Shown piece by piece: positions 36,270 to 50,791 of a stretch of 64,000 nt of DNA. Position numbers and translations under genes: made by a program. The stretch covers positions 6,448,001-6,512,000 of the forward strand of contig OZ059897.1 of NCBI GenBank assembly GCA_964057225.1, given 5' to 3'. The DNA is from Auanema rhodensis (taxonomy: Eukaryota; Animalia; Nematoda). A model generated the notes under the pieces. It saw only the letters and a list, made by a program, of their open reading frames with translations. It did no database searches and had not been told where the DNA came from. Position 1 is the stretch's first letter. Each line of letters starts with the position of its first letter.

Positions 36270-38870
36270 CTATTTTTTTGATGAAGTTTTAGGAACACTA
36301 AACGAACATTTAGCTAATGGAATGAAGCATTTTGTACATAATAATATTATAAGTAATATCATCAAACCGACAATGATCACTTCAAGTATGACAGCAATGA
36401 ATTCTTTAGGAGAATTTATTCCATCTAGCCATGAACGAGGATCGAGAGCTGCCCAAATAGCTTCAGGACCCCTTTCATTACATCTGAAAATATTGAAATT
36501 ATAAATCAAATAAATAATAGCTTTTAAATAAATTGCTATTTGAAATAGAATACGGAACTACTTACCCAAAACAATCGCCTTTTCCCGTTTGCCATTTATG
36601 AGCTACTCGGAATGTGTGTAATCGTTGAGCTTCATAACTGAAATAGCATTGTTTTCTTATAAAATTATTTTGTCTTCAATATATACAAGTACCTAAGCCA
36701 TTTGCATTGTTCGCCTTCTTCATCGCCTGAGGGAAAGAAGCAAACATAACGTTTACCATCAATGGATGATGGTATAGATATGATAGTTCTATAATCTCGA
36801 ACAATTGATCCATCAACTTGAAATAATTAATTTTTATTTAAATTTTTAAATTTTTAATTTCAAGTACCTTGAACAGAGAAAGCCATTTCAGATTCTTCTC
36901 TATTAGATTCGCTGGAGAAAACTCTTCCGAACATCGTTCCTTTAGCACCCTGAAGACGAATAAAATTATTTTCTTAAGAAAATTTCTTGTAAACTTACAA
37001 AGAAAGTTACATTCATATATCGATTACTATCCTTATCAAGTTGAATTGTTCCAGTAAAAGAATTAAATTGAGATGTATGTTTGAGAACATTTGGTCTTGT
37101 TTCAGTTGTCATATGAACCTAAATATATAATATTTTTAATTTATAAATATATAATAAATATAATACCATAATGTTAGTTCCTTCGGCATGTTCAACTCGG
37201 ACAACTCTGTTGTTAACTGAAGCTGTTCGTATCCATGGATCATCAGATAGTGGTTGTCCTATATAAGAGAAAGATGAATGAATAAATTAAAATTTAATTT
37301 TTTTTTAGAAAAATACAACCGAATATGCTTTTATTCACATAAAAATGATATGTGACGTCAGAATTACGTGACGATTGACGTGAAACTCTGACGCTACATC
37401 AACGTGAAAACTGACGTATTGCATATTTTTATGCTAATGAAGTATACGCTTTCTTTTTATTGTGGTTTAATCTATAAAACTAGAATGCTAACCTAAATCA
37501 AAGTTTAACTGATCTTCTTCCGGTGATGAAATGACAACTTGTTCGCCGTTGAATGTTGATGTATAAACTTGAGCTTTACAATCTTGAACGTCAATATGCT
37601 GAAAAAAATAATATTATATTTATAATTTATATGATATATGATATACATATTTCTCTTTTATTTTAGCTGGGCCATTAGAAACACCCCATTTGCCATCAAT
37701 GTATCTGAGCCAACCAAGTTTGCTTAAATCAGCTCCTAATAATTCGTTAATTGGCACACCAGTTCGCAACTCATTTGTTCCTGAAATAATCATTATGTTA
37801 TATATTTAATTTAATATGTTTAGTTTAAAGAAAGCTGTACTTACCGTCACGAACAAAATACATTCCAGGTGTGACTTCTCGATTTGGTCGGCTACCTGCC
37901 ACAGTTATTTCAATTCGATGTTGATTTTTAAAATTAAATTTAGCGCTACCCTTATTCATAGGAACCTGAATGAAGTTTATAGCTAATTTCAAATAGAAAG
38001 TATAGTTGATTACCTCAATAATTTCTTCGGAAAATTGTCTCCATCTCTTTTGAATATTATTTCGATCATAAATTCGATAACTAAAAATTAAATTAAACTA
38101 AAAATACAAAATAAATAAAAATTAAAAACCTGAAAACAAGAACAGTATCTGGTTGACTAATTCTAATTGCTGTAAATGTCCAATCCTTATATGGTTCAAT
38201 TTTCAATTGACAACAAGCTTCGCTTTTCTGTTCTCCTAAACATCCAACATTCGATTGAACTGGATGATATGTACGATAACATAATGGTCCAGATGAACAA
38301 TTTCTATAAATCATATTATTCAAATTATAATTTATATGGTATAACAGTACTTATAGTTATATTCTTCCATTCGACAATGAGAATCGCCACCAGCACAGTC
38401 ACATATACATGATGGAGTTATGCGAGGAATAGCAAATGTATATTTTCCTGAAAAGTTTTTTCTTTACATAGTAAAAGAGTTTTTGTTTTGTAATTACCTG
38501 ATATTGGATGATGTTGTTCAAGACGTAGAAATTCTAATGTATGAAGGATGGATGAATCACTGTTGTTTACCTGAAATTACCAAACAGATTTCAAGTTAAT
38601 ATATTTCAGTTCAAAAACTCACCTTCAAGCTTATACAAGCTGTTTCATATAGAGACATAGATAGCTGAACAGCACTGAATATCCGGGTCATACCACGATA
38701 ATCATCAAATTCTCGAACCTTTAATAAGTTAAGAATATGAATTGAAGAAATTAAAAGAGAAAACATACTTCTCCTTCCATAACTGAACTGCGAGAGCAGT
38801 GTGGAATTTCATCTAGTGATCGTCCGAGCACTACAGAGAATTGGAGAAAAAACACAAATAAGAAAAACAT
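36270..38870 (-). CDS. EFF/AFF cell-cell fusogen (fusexin, class II fold), about 15 exons
   Basis: Signal peptide MFFLFVFFLQFSVVLG; EIPHCSR; LHTLEFLRLEQHHPISGKYTFAIP..SCICDC; CYRTYHP..EACCQLKIEPY; GMYF; LGW; HAEGTN; LDPRSWLDGI followed by one TM helix and a short tail. Confidence 0.93.
37323..37447. repeat. Imperfect inverted repeat / long hairpin in a fusexin intron
   Basis: Arms ATATGCTTTTATTCACATAAAAATGATATGTGACGTCAG and CTGACGTATTGCATATTTTTATGCTAATGAAGTATAC are largely reverse-complementary. Confidence 0.55.
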
Positions 38871-41800
38871 TTCTGTAATATTTGAAATTTAATTTTTTAA
38901 TTTTTACAATCTATTTAACAATAAATGGCAAGAGAAATTATTAAAATTGAAAATCATAAATAATAATTTTGATAATGACTATGAATGGCCTTGATATTAT
39001 CTAGGACTGTCCGAGCAGTTACGGAGATTCGAGGTAGTAGGATAGCATGAGGATGAGAGTGAGTAAAGGGTCATAAGTGAAGTGAATCACGGTAATTTGG
39101 TTACATTAAACAGTCAATTAAATTGAATATTTCTCTGTAATGTTCGTAAACAATTCTCTAAAATTTGTCATTTTAATGAAAAATTGATGAAAATTATAGA
39201 AATTAGATGAAATCTAGAAAATTGTTGTTTTAGACTTTCCTAACAAGTAAGATACAGGTACAGGCTCAAGGTTGAAGAATATTTCAATAAAATATACAAA
39301 GATATCGCTGAGTCTTTGATTCTCAAGTATTTTCTTCATCTCTACAACCCTTTTCAAGAACAATTGAGGTTTTGATTTAAGGATGTATAGAGACAAAAGA
39401 AACACTAAGTTTTGTTGCTCTTCCAGTTAATGACCTTGTAAGTTACATATTATTTAAAATATATTATATATTAACTATATTAACTATATTTATTATAATT
39501 ATTTTAATATTTTATAATAAAAAATATAATATAGCAGATAAAAAGCCAAAAAAAAGCAAATCTTAGATTGACCCTTTAGGTAAAATCTATCCGGCTTAGG
39601 GATTAATTGATATCATCATATAGAAATCTAGTTTTAGAACAAATCTACGATATTACTATAAGAATATGGACCTGAAATAGTTTATTTTATAATTATTTAA
39701 ATTAATAAATTCATTTATTCAAAAGTTGAGGAAAAAATGCAAAGCAGGTTGATCGGCACAGAAGTTCAGTTTTGTTCCCCACAACTTCAGGATAATATTG
39801 AGGTAACTAGTAATTCTCTGATAGAATTATATGTATAGTTAGCTATATAGATGACAATATGTATTATAGATCTTATATGAGATCAGGAATTGTTTACATG
39901 GCAGTTACGGTTCTTGAATTGACTCGGACTCATGCCTACTTGATGAGAGTTCTCAAGGTACTGTTATACATACAACCAGATGGCATTTATGGAAAAGAAG
40001 AGATTTGAAGTATTTGGAATGAACTAAGTTAACCATTAGCTCATAGTATTTACTATTTATCTACATATAGTTAATATAAGAATGAGAGAAAGCCATAAGA
40101 GATGTGTGAAAAAAGCTGTTGAAGAGTTTCACGTATAGTACAGTTAAACATTGATAAAATTAGAACCTTGTGCTAAGAAATGCTGGAAAAGTTGGAAAAA
40201 GTGTTGTATATGAGAAGAAAATTGAGATGAAATGGATTATATATATTTAAAATGAAAATATGTGATGTACAAGCATTTCAAGTACTCTCTCTTCATTTAT
40301 TTGACATGTTTTATGAAATGCAAATGAAGGCGTGAAGAGATGTGTTGGGTCCCGGTCGGCTTCAGCTTTAGAGACTAATCTTCAAATAAAACTTCTTTTT
40401 ATATTGAAAAATGAAAAATAAAGAATGAAGATGATGTGGATGATGATATAAGGCTGGCTATAAGGCTCAAGTTGGTAGGATGTTGGCAAAAAACAATAAA
40501 ACAGTATGCAAATAGTGATTGCAAAGGCTCTTTTGACCTCACCGTGTCAGTAGTGGAGCCAAAACCTATTGTACTGATGTACACGTAAGAAATAATAGAA
40601 TAATGCTGATACTTGCTGATGATTTACTAAGAAGATGATGAATGAAAAAAGGATTATCAAATACAAATCGACGAAATGAACAAAAAAAGGAAAAAATGTA
40701 ATTGAAAATGAGTGAGACTGTATTGGATGACTGTGTTTGGCTAGTTTGAAAGTTCAGCCAACTTTGAAGTGGCTTATTCACTTTTTTAAAAATAATTTAT
40801 GCATAACTATACGCATATTTAACTTAATATTATTAAAAATAAAAATTATTGTAAAAGGCTAATTGTGACAACGGAATCTCATGCACTCTTTACTTCAACA
40901 TAGTACTCAGTTGGTTTCAAGTGGGGCGGGGTCAATCTAGATGAATAGCCTTGGGGAGGAGAAGGGGGGGTGTTGGTTGCAGAATACAGGAAGATCCCAT
41001 TACTGGAAAAGATTTGAGATTTTCAATTTGTTTTCAACATAGATTAAAGGCGTAGGAGGTACAAGTGAATGAGCAACAAGTTTTAAGTTTGAATTATAAA
41101 AATGAATAATACGATTCACAAGAGAAAAGACTGTCACAGACAATTTGATATGAGTAAGTTGCAAAAGAATTTGTGAAGCTTATTACGAAACTTAGTTTAC
41201 CTTATATACATATATGATGACAAAATGAGAAATAATCTGGTTGATGCTCGAACCAAGTGGGGGCGTATTGAAGTCGTCTACTACACTAACTGACTGGCCA
41301 GGTTTTTCAATTTAGAAATGAAAAGACCATAAATGGCTAAGCATACACACAAATACATTAACAGTTTCATTTGATGAAAAGTCAATTTTTTCGATGATCA
41401 AAGAAATAATTGAAAGAGAAGAAAACTATTTAATAGAGAAAGAAGAAAAAGAGAGAGAGAGGGGGGGGGGGAAGATGGAGAGAGAGAGATTGGGAAAAAG
41501 GAAAGAGAGAGAGAGAGAGAGTTAAAGTAAGAATGAGAAGTAATAGAGAAATGAAAGAAGGTGCTCTAAGTGACTGTGAAACGACGATTACTAATAGAAG
41601 ATGATGAATACAAATTATTTTTTTATAAACTGAGAATTCTCCCTCTTTACTTACAGTTTCACCTAAAAAGGTATCAATGAAAAGTAAATTATGAAACTGA
41701 CTGAAATGCTTTTTCTTTCTTTATGAACTGAAGAGAGAGAAAGACAGAAAGAGAGAGAATGGGAGAAATGGAGAGAAAGAGAGGAAGATAGAGAATGAGG

Positions 41801-44800
41801 GTGGACTTGTTACATGAATCAGATTGAGTAGCCTGGCACCTCCTAATATCTCCTCCAAGAAAAATAGATGAATAAGAACTGAAAAGAATGGTTATAGGTT
41901 GTACCAGATGTAGATTGAATGGAAACATCAGCAGTTCATGAATTTCTCGAGAAAAATAGAAGCTGCAACATGAAGAAGAAAGACAATTTTCCATCATAAA
42001 TTTGAATGAAACGTTAGCCTTCCGGCGTAGAAGTTAGAAGTTATGGATGGATGATAAACATAAACATCCAGATGGTATAGAGGAAGTTTACTAATTGGCA
42101 GATGTGTGAATAAGTTTTATTACAAAGATGATGACAAAGACAGATTTTACATGTTAATTATATGAAAAACAACAAAATAGTTAGTAATTTGGTTAAAAGA
42201 AACGATAACCTTAAGATTATTCTTAAGATGTTATGAAAACTATAATGTCTTAGCTCTAAATAGAATCTGTTTAAATAACACACAGAAGATAAAATCATCA
42301 TAAAAAGCTCATAAAATTAACGAAAAAAGGGCGACGAAGCTTTAAATTCAGTTAGTTAGTTATGAAAAAGAGGTGTTTTTATGCGAAATCATGCAATTTC
42401 TTTAATTTTTTCCAACAAAAAAATGTTTGTGATGATGACAATGAGTTGACAGTCGGCTTGTCTGTCTTCCAAAGTTATAACAAAAGAGATGAAACTGTTC
42501 GATGAAAAGATGAGCAATATATGTTAAAATAGTAAAAATAGGATTGAAGATTGTCGCGTAGCTTTTAAGAAAAATTGCTCATCATCCTCTTTTTTTTCTT
42601 TTTTTTTTGTCTCTGTTTTTCCTTTCTTAACTTCTCATCTTCATACTCGTCGTGTTCGTTGAGTGTTCAATACTGATTCGTTGATTTTGCTATTCTGAAT
42701 CTATATTAATCGAAGAGACAAAGTTAAATGAGTCAGCTACAACCAAGAAAGCCAGTTATGAATAACATGCTATTTCCGTTTTCCATCAGTTATGACCAGA
42801 CTTCAATAACTGACCATAACATTTCAATAAATTAAAATAGTTAAATTATATGTTTATATATATAGTTAGTTAAAGAATATTAGAATTTATATAATATAAT
42901 TATCTAAATTATCTGAATTATCTAAAATATTTTATTGATTAAACCGTTCGACAACAAAATTTAAGGAAAAATAAAATATGTTCACGTACATACTCACGCT
43001 CACGTCACGTCTAATAACACGTGTCATCATAAATCTTTTACGTGCCAATGCTAATTGGTTACCAGGTTAAATCTCAATGTCTCTTGTTACTGTACACAGT
43101 TTATAGCTAGTAGACACAAACTGTATTCAGATGACATGCATCCATGATATCCAATGTATCTCTCAGCAGCTCATCTAGGGGGTTTTGGTTCATAGCATTC
43201 AGATGATGGCATTCGGGATGAGATAATTGACGGTCAAGCCTGACATTAAAAGGGAACAGCCAGCCATCAGCGGATAGATGTAGGCCTCCATGAACGATAT
43301 TATGCATTCATTTCCTGGCATATTTGGTACCAGTTGATTCACAGTAGTATATCCTCTCATATTCAATAGCTCATCTGATTTCTCTGATGCTCATGTATTT
43401 ACATGTTCTCTCTCTCGTATTCTGTTGATGTATTTTCTATTCGATCATCCCTATATCCGTCCGTAAAACTATTCGAAATCAGAGAAACGGAACGACCAGA
43501 TGAGCACACGGAAACAGGGAATTATCAATTGGGAACGAGGTCAAACATAACCTCATTCATATCTAATAGTCTATAGAAAAGCTTTCTTTCTCAAATTCTC
43601 ATTTTGGTCATAATATGACTGACAGTAAAGCTTTGACTTTGGTATTTCACTGCAAAACACGATTCATCGAATATTTTCGAAAAGAAAAAACAGAATGAAT
43701 GAGTAATCGAGATGAAGAAGCGAAACGATATGGTAGATAGTAAAATGTGGTGGAATGAGGATTCCAAAAGGAGTTGCCCTAGTCTCTCAAACACCGTTCA
43801 ATATCAAAATCTACAATCTAAACATCTAAACCGTCAGGCTATTAGCCGACAATTTTTACTTTCTTCTCTCATTTTTTTGGTCATTTTTTAGCGCAAAGCT
43901 GTAATGACTTCAAAAATAGTTTCGATAGCAATTTCTTGTCCCAAAATGATTTTTCTTTCGCAAAATTGGCTGGCTAAGGAATCAAGAAGTCATTGAACTC
44001 TTGTAGAATAATCAAGATATTCTATTCAAATGATTGATGAATGAAAATCTGTATAACACTTACGTATATCATTCAATACTGAACATAGTTCTCAGGAGTA
44101 CTCTGAATGAAATCAGTTACTATATCTGAACAATGCTCTTAAAGAAAAAAAAGGTTGTTGTTATTGAAACTCAAGCTGGAAGGTAATGTATGTGTGTGTG
44201 TGAGTGTGTATGCATGGGGAAGAGGGTAACGGATAAAGAATGTGAGAATATAAGAGAAAGGTGGCTAGTAATAGTTTTTTGAATAGAATATCCTATAGAC
44301 TGAATCATCATCTCATCATTCAAAATGACCTTACTCTATACTTATACTCATAGCTACTAGTTGTAATAGTAAACGTATCCATCTTTACATGGATTACCCG
44401 CATATATTATTGGAAAGTAAGTAAGTAAGAAGAAGAATTATATATTCTATCTATGAAATATGTTATGATTTCACATAGTTAACGAGTATCACAATGAAAA
44501 AGAAGATTATGATGATGATGATGATGATGAAGATAATGAGATTATATGGCGATAATTGAAAAATCCTATACAAAAAGAAGAAAATTATTGAAATTTCAAC
44601 TTTTTTTATATAAACTATTTGGATAAAATCATATAATTATATGTATATGTATATAAATAGGTTAATTTACTTTTCCTTTTTACTTCATTGTCGACGCAAA
44701 TACCGAAGCCTATTCTCACTCATCGTTCGCCGCCGTTTTCCTCTCGTCCTCTGAATCTCTCTATGTGGTGAGTTAAGTAAAATATGCAAATGAGGTCACT

Positions 44801-47800
44801 AAATATGGTTTTGATTTTCCTTTTAAACGTTTTAACTAAATATGGTTTAGAAATGAAAATTTGTTGGACACAATAGCTAATTTCCTTATGAAAACTTGAT
44901 TGCAAAAGGAAATTAACTCAACTATATGTATAAGAGTACAAATGGTCAAACGAAATTCGAGATGAGGATCAACTTAGCAACAGCATATTCTGAAATATCT
45001 GAAAGCCATAACGAGAGACGATAAATTAAAATAAAGTTGAAGAACAAGCTCATTAGCAAAGCTGATAGTGAAAAGAAAAACTTTTTTTTGCGTCTTCTTC
45101 TGCTTCTTCTTCTTGCTCCAGGCAATGGTAATGCGGATGCGGAAAAATGAAAGAAAAACTTTTTAATTTTCATTTCAGATTGTGAGCATGATGTACTTGA
45201 ATGAGCAAACAACTTCCGTCAGATTATCATCATTATATCTTGGTGAAGCTTCATCTTCATCATGTTCAATTGATAAACAAACATTAATTTTTTAATTTTC
45301 ATATTTAAAATCTCCGAAAATCCTGTATAGAAAGATAGCTAATTTAAATAAAAAATTCTTTTATCTTTAGTTGTTATAATCTAAATTGAAATGGCTATTT
45401 GATTTATGAGTATATTAGCCATAATCGGAACTGAGTCCATTTGACAATAAACATCAGAAAAAATGAAAATAACAATAAGAATCGGAGATTTATTTGTTTG
45501 GAAAAAAAGGTAAATGTTAAGATTAATTCTATAACTATATGAGAAAAAACATGTTTCCGAGCTACCTTTTCTCATAAATTGCATCATGACCATGTTCTTC
45601 GTTCACTTTTTTCTTATTTAATTTCCATTATTATTGTATTAGACGTATGTTTTCTCAACAACTAATCAGATATCTTTATTTCATGCCATCAACTTACTCT
45701 ATTAGAATCTATATCCATCATCTATTTGAACTTCTTCATATCTTTGTGGTTTTTTTTCTTCGTAAAAACAAATTGACCATCCAGAAGAAATGGTTCTTCA
45801 AACTATCTGGTTCAGTTACCTTTAACCATTTTTGAGGGAAATCTGTTGACAAGGACAAATGATTTGTCCTCTTAATTAGGCCACACAAACGTTTTTTGAA
45901 ACTTCTTTGAGATAATAATTCACCGTTGATTAATCTTCTCCATGAAAAACAAACATCTAAGAATGTTCCAGCCAAAACTTTTATTCTTGTCCACATTAAA
46001 TTTATTTTTAATAAAATAAATAGAAAAAGACGAATATTTCATTAGAAGGGATGAAAAAAAAAGATTTTTTTCAAAGACTGAATCAATTACAAGGTCATTA
46101 GACATGTTTTTATTCAAATTTTTTTGCACTGAAATAGTGTCTGACTCGCTACTAAGGTGCTAATCCGATGCTTAATATTTATATTAAAAAAATCAGATAA
46201 AAACTACAAATAAACATTAGCATATGCTAACAATGCGTGAAATTGTAATTAGCATACTGTGTTACTACTAACTATTCTGACGTAACGTACTAGCGTTCAC
46301 GTGTTCCATTTTAAATCCTATTTCTCGTCAATAATTAAGATTTTGAACGGTTGTTTTCATATAATTAGCAAGATTTCTAACACATAAAATATTTCAAATT
46401 ATACGAAATATTAACGAAAAACTTCTTAAGAATTACTGTTGATTCAACAAGTTGTGACAAGCCTTACGAAATATTATGATGTATTAAGTTAAATGAAATA
46501 TATTTCATAGTAGTAATGACCTAAATGAAGAAACATTATCTATTAAAATCTTCATTATCTTCATTGAAAACGTATATGAAACTTAGCTCAAAGTCACTTT
46601 TCATTATCGCTTTGTCTTTCATAAAACGCGATCGGATTAGTCATACTGAGAGAAGGAAAAAACGAGAAAAAGATGTGCGAAACATGGCCTGATAGATTTC
46701 GGAAAAAAAACGAAAAAAAAAAAACAACTGGCAAAAGGTAAAAGAAGGTGAGGAAGATGAAGATGAAACAAACCGATAGCAGAAGATTACAGGAGATTAG
46801 AGTAGGGTTTTTCTTGTCAACCTTTTTCGTTTTTTCTTCGTTTTTTTAGGTTTTTCCATTCTCGTCGTCGTCTTGTCGGTTTGTCTCATCTAAACGTCTT
46901 TTGATTCTTTCTTCGGAACTTGATATCTCGTCTAAAACTTTGATCAATTAGCACAATAATAACAAATAGAAACATCTGATGTATAAGAAAATGAGTAAAA
47001 AACCAAAAAATAGCTAACATCATATAGCATTTTCTTCGGTTATAAATAACTATTAATATGCTATTTGTTTAGAAAATATCAACTGCAAGTCCAGTTGGAG
47101 CTTGCTCACGGAATTCCGTTCAATTTCTTCTTCAAAAACAACCTATGTATATGAATATTCATTTAATTAAGCTTCAAAGCTGAGTCAGTCAGTCATATTT
47201 GATAAAATAAAAGAAAAAAAGTTCTTCTCATATCAGAAAATGCTTATAATATAAATTGCTTAGCAACGACGAGAATTCTTTTGATTATTCAGAACAAGGA
47301 GAGAAAATGATCATACTATTACTTTATAATCTTCATTTCTATTATGGAAAAAAAAGAAAATTATAAGCATCTTCAATCAATCTTATCTTGTTTTTCATTA
47401 TTTTTCTTAATCTTCTTCCTATATTGTCATTCTTTTATTTCAAAATCTAAGTTTCTGCTGATAGCTATTTTCAGACATTTTTTGGAATATATCAAACAAA
47501 CTGACTAAGAGCTCCAAAAAAAAATAAATGAACGAAGGGAGGAAGAGGGAAAAAGAGGGAAAGAGAGAAGGCGACAACGAGGGAGAAAGAGGAAGAGAGA
47601 AAGAGAGAAAAAGAGGGAGAGAGAGAAAAAGAAAAGGAGGGAGAAAGAGAGAGAGAAAATCATTATTTTTGTCATCTATGTATGTAAAGTATTATCCAAT
47701 TTTGACCAAAAGAATATTGTAATTGAAGTTTTCGTTGCTCTTTTAGAATTTTCTCTATTTTGCTAATAATATTTATGTTAAAATATAGATTTACAAGTAC

Positions 47801-48480
47801 TTTTAAACATTTTCTTTATAAGCTTTTTGTTTTTTTTTTCGCATCTCATTGAGTTTCTGATATAAATAGAGTTCGATTTTATAAAAAATCAAAAATATTT
47901 TGAATAGTACATTCGATTTCTTTGATATAGGCTCATGAACAAACTAATTATAGTTAGGTGTCCGAACGCTATTTGTCGTCTAATCCTTCTCTTCTTAGTT
48001 GTCTAGCCAATGTCTTTCAGCTTTCTCTCTTTTCTCTCTACCTCTTTCCTTTTGCTCCAAGATATATACACAGCTTCTTACACTATTTTCTTGAACATTT
48101 TTGCCTTTTTGCCAAAATATAACGAGTAAAATTGATTATAATCATATCTAAATCAGAAAACTATATAGATATATGTTTCAATTTATTATAATAAAACTAA
48201 TTTATGAGCTAGTATTTCGATTTATTTCAATAATTAGTATTTCAAAATGGCTCTTAGCTTTAACGTCAATGTCATTGCTCCTCGTTGTTTAATAATTTCA
48301 ACTTCCTTTTTGACATTTTTAGAATATAATATATGTATGTACATACATATAAATTATTATATATTATGCTTCTCGGCTTCCAATTTTCTCTTATTAAATC
48401 GTAATTTTGAACATTTTTTTATGAGAATATAATTCGAAAAGATATGTTTCTTCACGTATTTCTTCCTTTCTCTCTCTCTC

Positions 48481-48517
<37 letters not shown>

Positions 48518-49918
48518 ATCACACACAAGTTTGCTTTCTTCCTCCGTATTCAACGAAATACATATGAATTTAGTTCTTTCATGTTATTATTACAAAGTTT
48601 TTTTTCGTTTTTAACCATGCATTTCTTTGAAAAAGCTTCTTCTATATATGTTTTAGTTCACAATTTTTAGTCATATGGCCAAAATTTTTGATGTAACTCG
48701 GTGAATATTAGACAATGGTGTGTCTTCAACAGTGTTTGCTGCCCGTTATTGTTATTTAATCTCTCTATATTCGTTATTTTTGAAAGCTAAAGCTTTGACT
48801 GACCAAACACATGATTAACCTTCTTAACACCTTACAAGCTTTTATACTAATTATATATATTTTTTCTTTTAATTTACTAATAGTATCAAAAGAAATACGA
48901 CTAACATAGTAACTATAATCTAATGACAGATTGAGAGGATAACGATCTAATTACATGTTATCCTTATAATCGTGTGACAGTGGATAAAGGCTTGCTAGCG
49001 ACAAAATCAAGAGGATAAACAATGCTTCATTACAAGGTTTCTTATCTTGTTTATATTAGAAGAGACATTGATTTCCGCCATGGTTATTCGTCCGCTCATT
49101 CGCTTGTTCTTCAGCACTTTTTTTTTTAAATTCTCTTATAACTAATTACACAATGCATATATGCAGTTACATATAGTATATTATTTTGAATTTATAGTTA
49201 ATCAGATGACATTTTCATTTCTTGTAAACTGATTAGATAATCTGATATTTTCTTCTTCTTGTTCTTATTGTAAGAAAAATCTTTTTTTTCTTTCCTCTCT
49301 GCAAATTGGTCAGTTAGCTTTTGCCAATCATTAGCCTTTGCCAGATTTTCGATGTATTTCCGGCCTTTGTGCATCGTTTTTGGAGAATTATCTGCATTCT
49401 CCTCATTCACTCTCTCAGACTACCTCTTTTTCTCTCTCCCTCACTCTTTCACTCTGTCTTCCAAAGCAAAATGATTCAAATGAATCATGCTATTATTACA
49501 TCAATTTCTACATATCTTCGAATGTCATAAAAAGTAAAAAAAGAATAGAATAAAGAGAGTTATGTCTAAATATAATTGGTTAGATAGAGAGAGAATCGAA
49601 AAGGAGAGAGAGAGAGAGAGAGAGGGGAGAAAAGAGATAAAGAGAGATACTTACTATGCTTCGTAGTATAATACATGTATGCTATTTAACAACGTAAAGT
49701 TGGTTCAAAGCTGAAGTTAATCTGAAACGAATCCTATTTCTCTTCACCTTATTTCATTGTTATATTTATTTTTTCATAAAATAAAATATATAAAAGGCAT
49801 TTCCGGTGTGCTCCAAAATCTTTATTGGTTATATCTATCTTTAATTAAAAATCGAAATGTTTTATCTATTTGAAGCTTGTGTGTTAATTCATTTCTTTTC
49901 TTTTAGATTACAGGAAAG

Positions 49919-50791
49919 ATGGTTCTTCTATTTCCTAAGCCATTACAGCAAAAGCCCCGTTCTCGCTTACCTATATTCTTATATATTTCATCAATAGTTA
50001 GTTTATAATAATAATAATAATATATTATTTATTATATTTCTATTATAGTTTCTATGTTTGATTCTATTTTATGGATCAGCTGTATATTGTCAATATGATC
50101 GATGTGAAAATTCATTCATATATCCGGAAAAGAATCGAATGTATGCATTGGTAATCGAAAGTTTATTAAATTGAAATGAATTTTTTACGAAAATTTCTAG
50201 TATTTTCCCATGTTTGTTGCTCCTCTCATCGGTCTAATTTCAACGGCTTGGTTAATAACTAATCTCTTCTATACTAATACACCCTGTGCTTTAGCCTACA
50301 ATTGCATGGTATGTCAACTTTAAAGTCTCTTCTCTTTTCTACTTCAACATTGTAAAAACAAAAACGAAAATCACGAAAAAACTTTGTTTTCTTGAAAACA
50401 TGTAATACTAAACATAACCAACCGTTCTCTTATATTGTCAACAATGAAATGACAAGAAAAAACGTGAAATATTTACGTGGAAAAATATAGAAATTAGCAT
50501 ATTTAAGGAAATGCCATGTGCAGTTTTTTGTTCTTTACTATCAGGAATAAGTGCTGTGATTGTAATTCATTATTCATTTGATTATGTAACACAAAAATGG
50601 AGTGAACAATGGGCATTAGCTGCTGTAAGTTCGTTTATAAAACTTTAATTTCATTTTTTTAACCATATTTCTTTTAAATAAAGATTTATGAACTTTTGAA
50701 ACAAAGAACAAGACGAAAAAATTGTCTGTTTTAGGCTGATGCTATTGCACTGGGAGCTGTACATGCTGTACTGGCTTTCGGCTTACAGTAG
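49919..50791 (+). CDS. Small four-TM membrane protein of unknown function (153 aa, MARVEL/tetraspan-like topology); exons 49919-49996, 50049-50150, 50201-50308, 50508-50624, 50735-50791
   Basis: Five phase-0 exons with GT-AG boundaries join into an open frame MVLLFPKPLQQKPRSRLPIFLYISSIFLCLILFYGSAVYC...WSEQWALAAADAIALGAVHAVLAFGLQ* with four hydrophobic segments. Confidence 0.8.

Noticed and set aside
39030-39052. GAGGTAGTAGG, matching let-7 nt 2-12
   Set aside because: Preceded by C, and there is no complementary arm for a hairpin.
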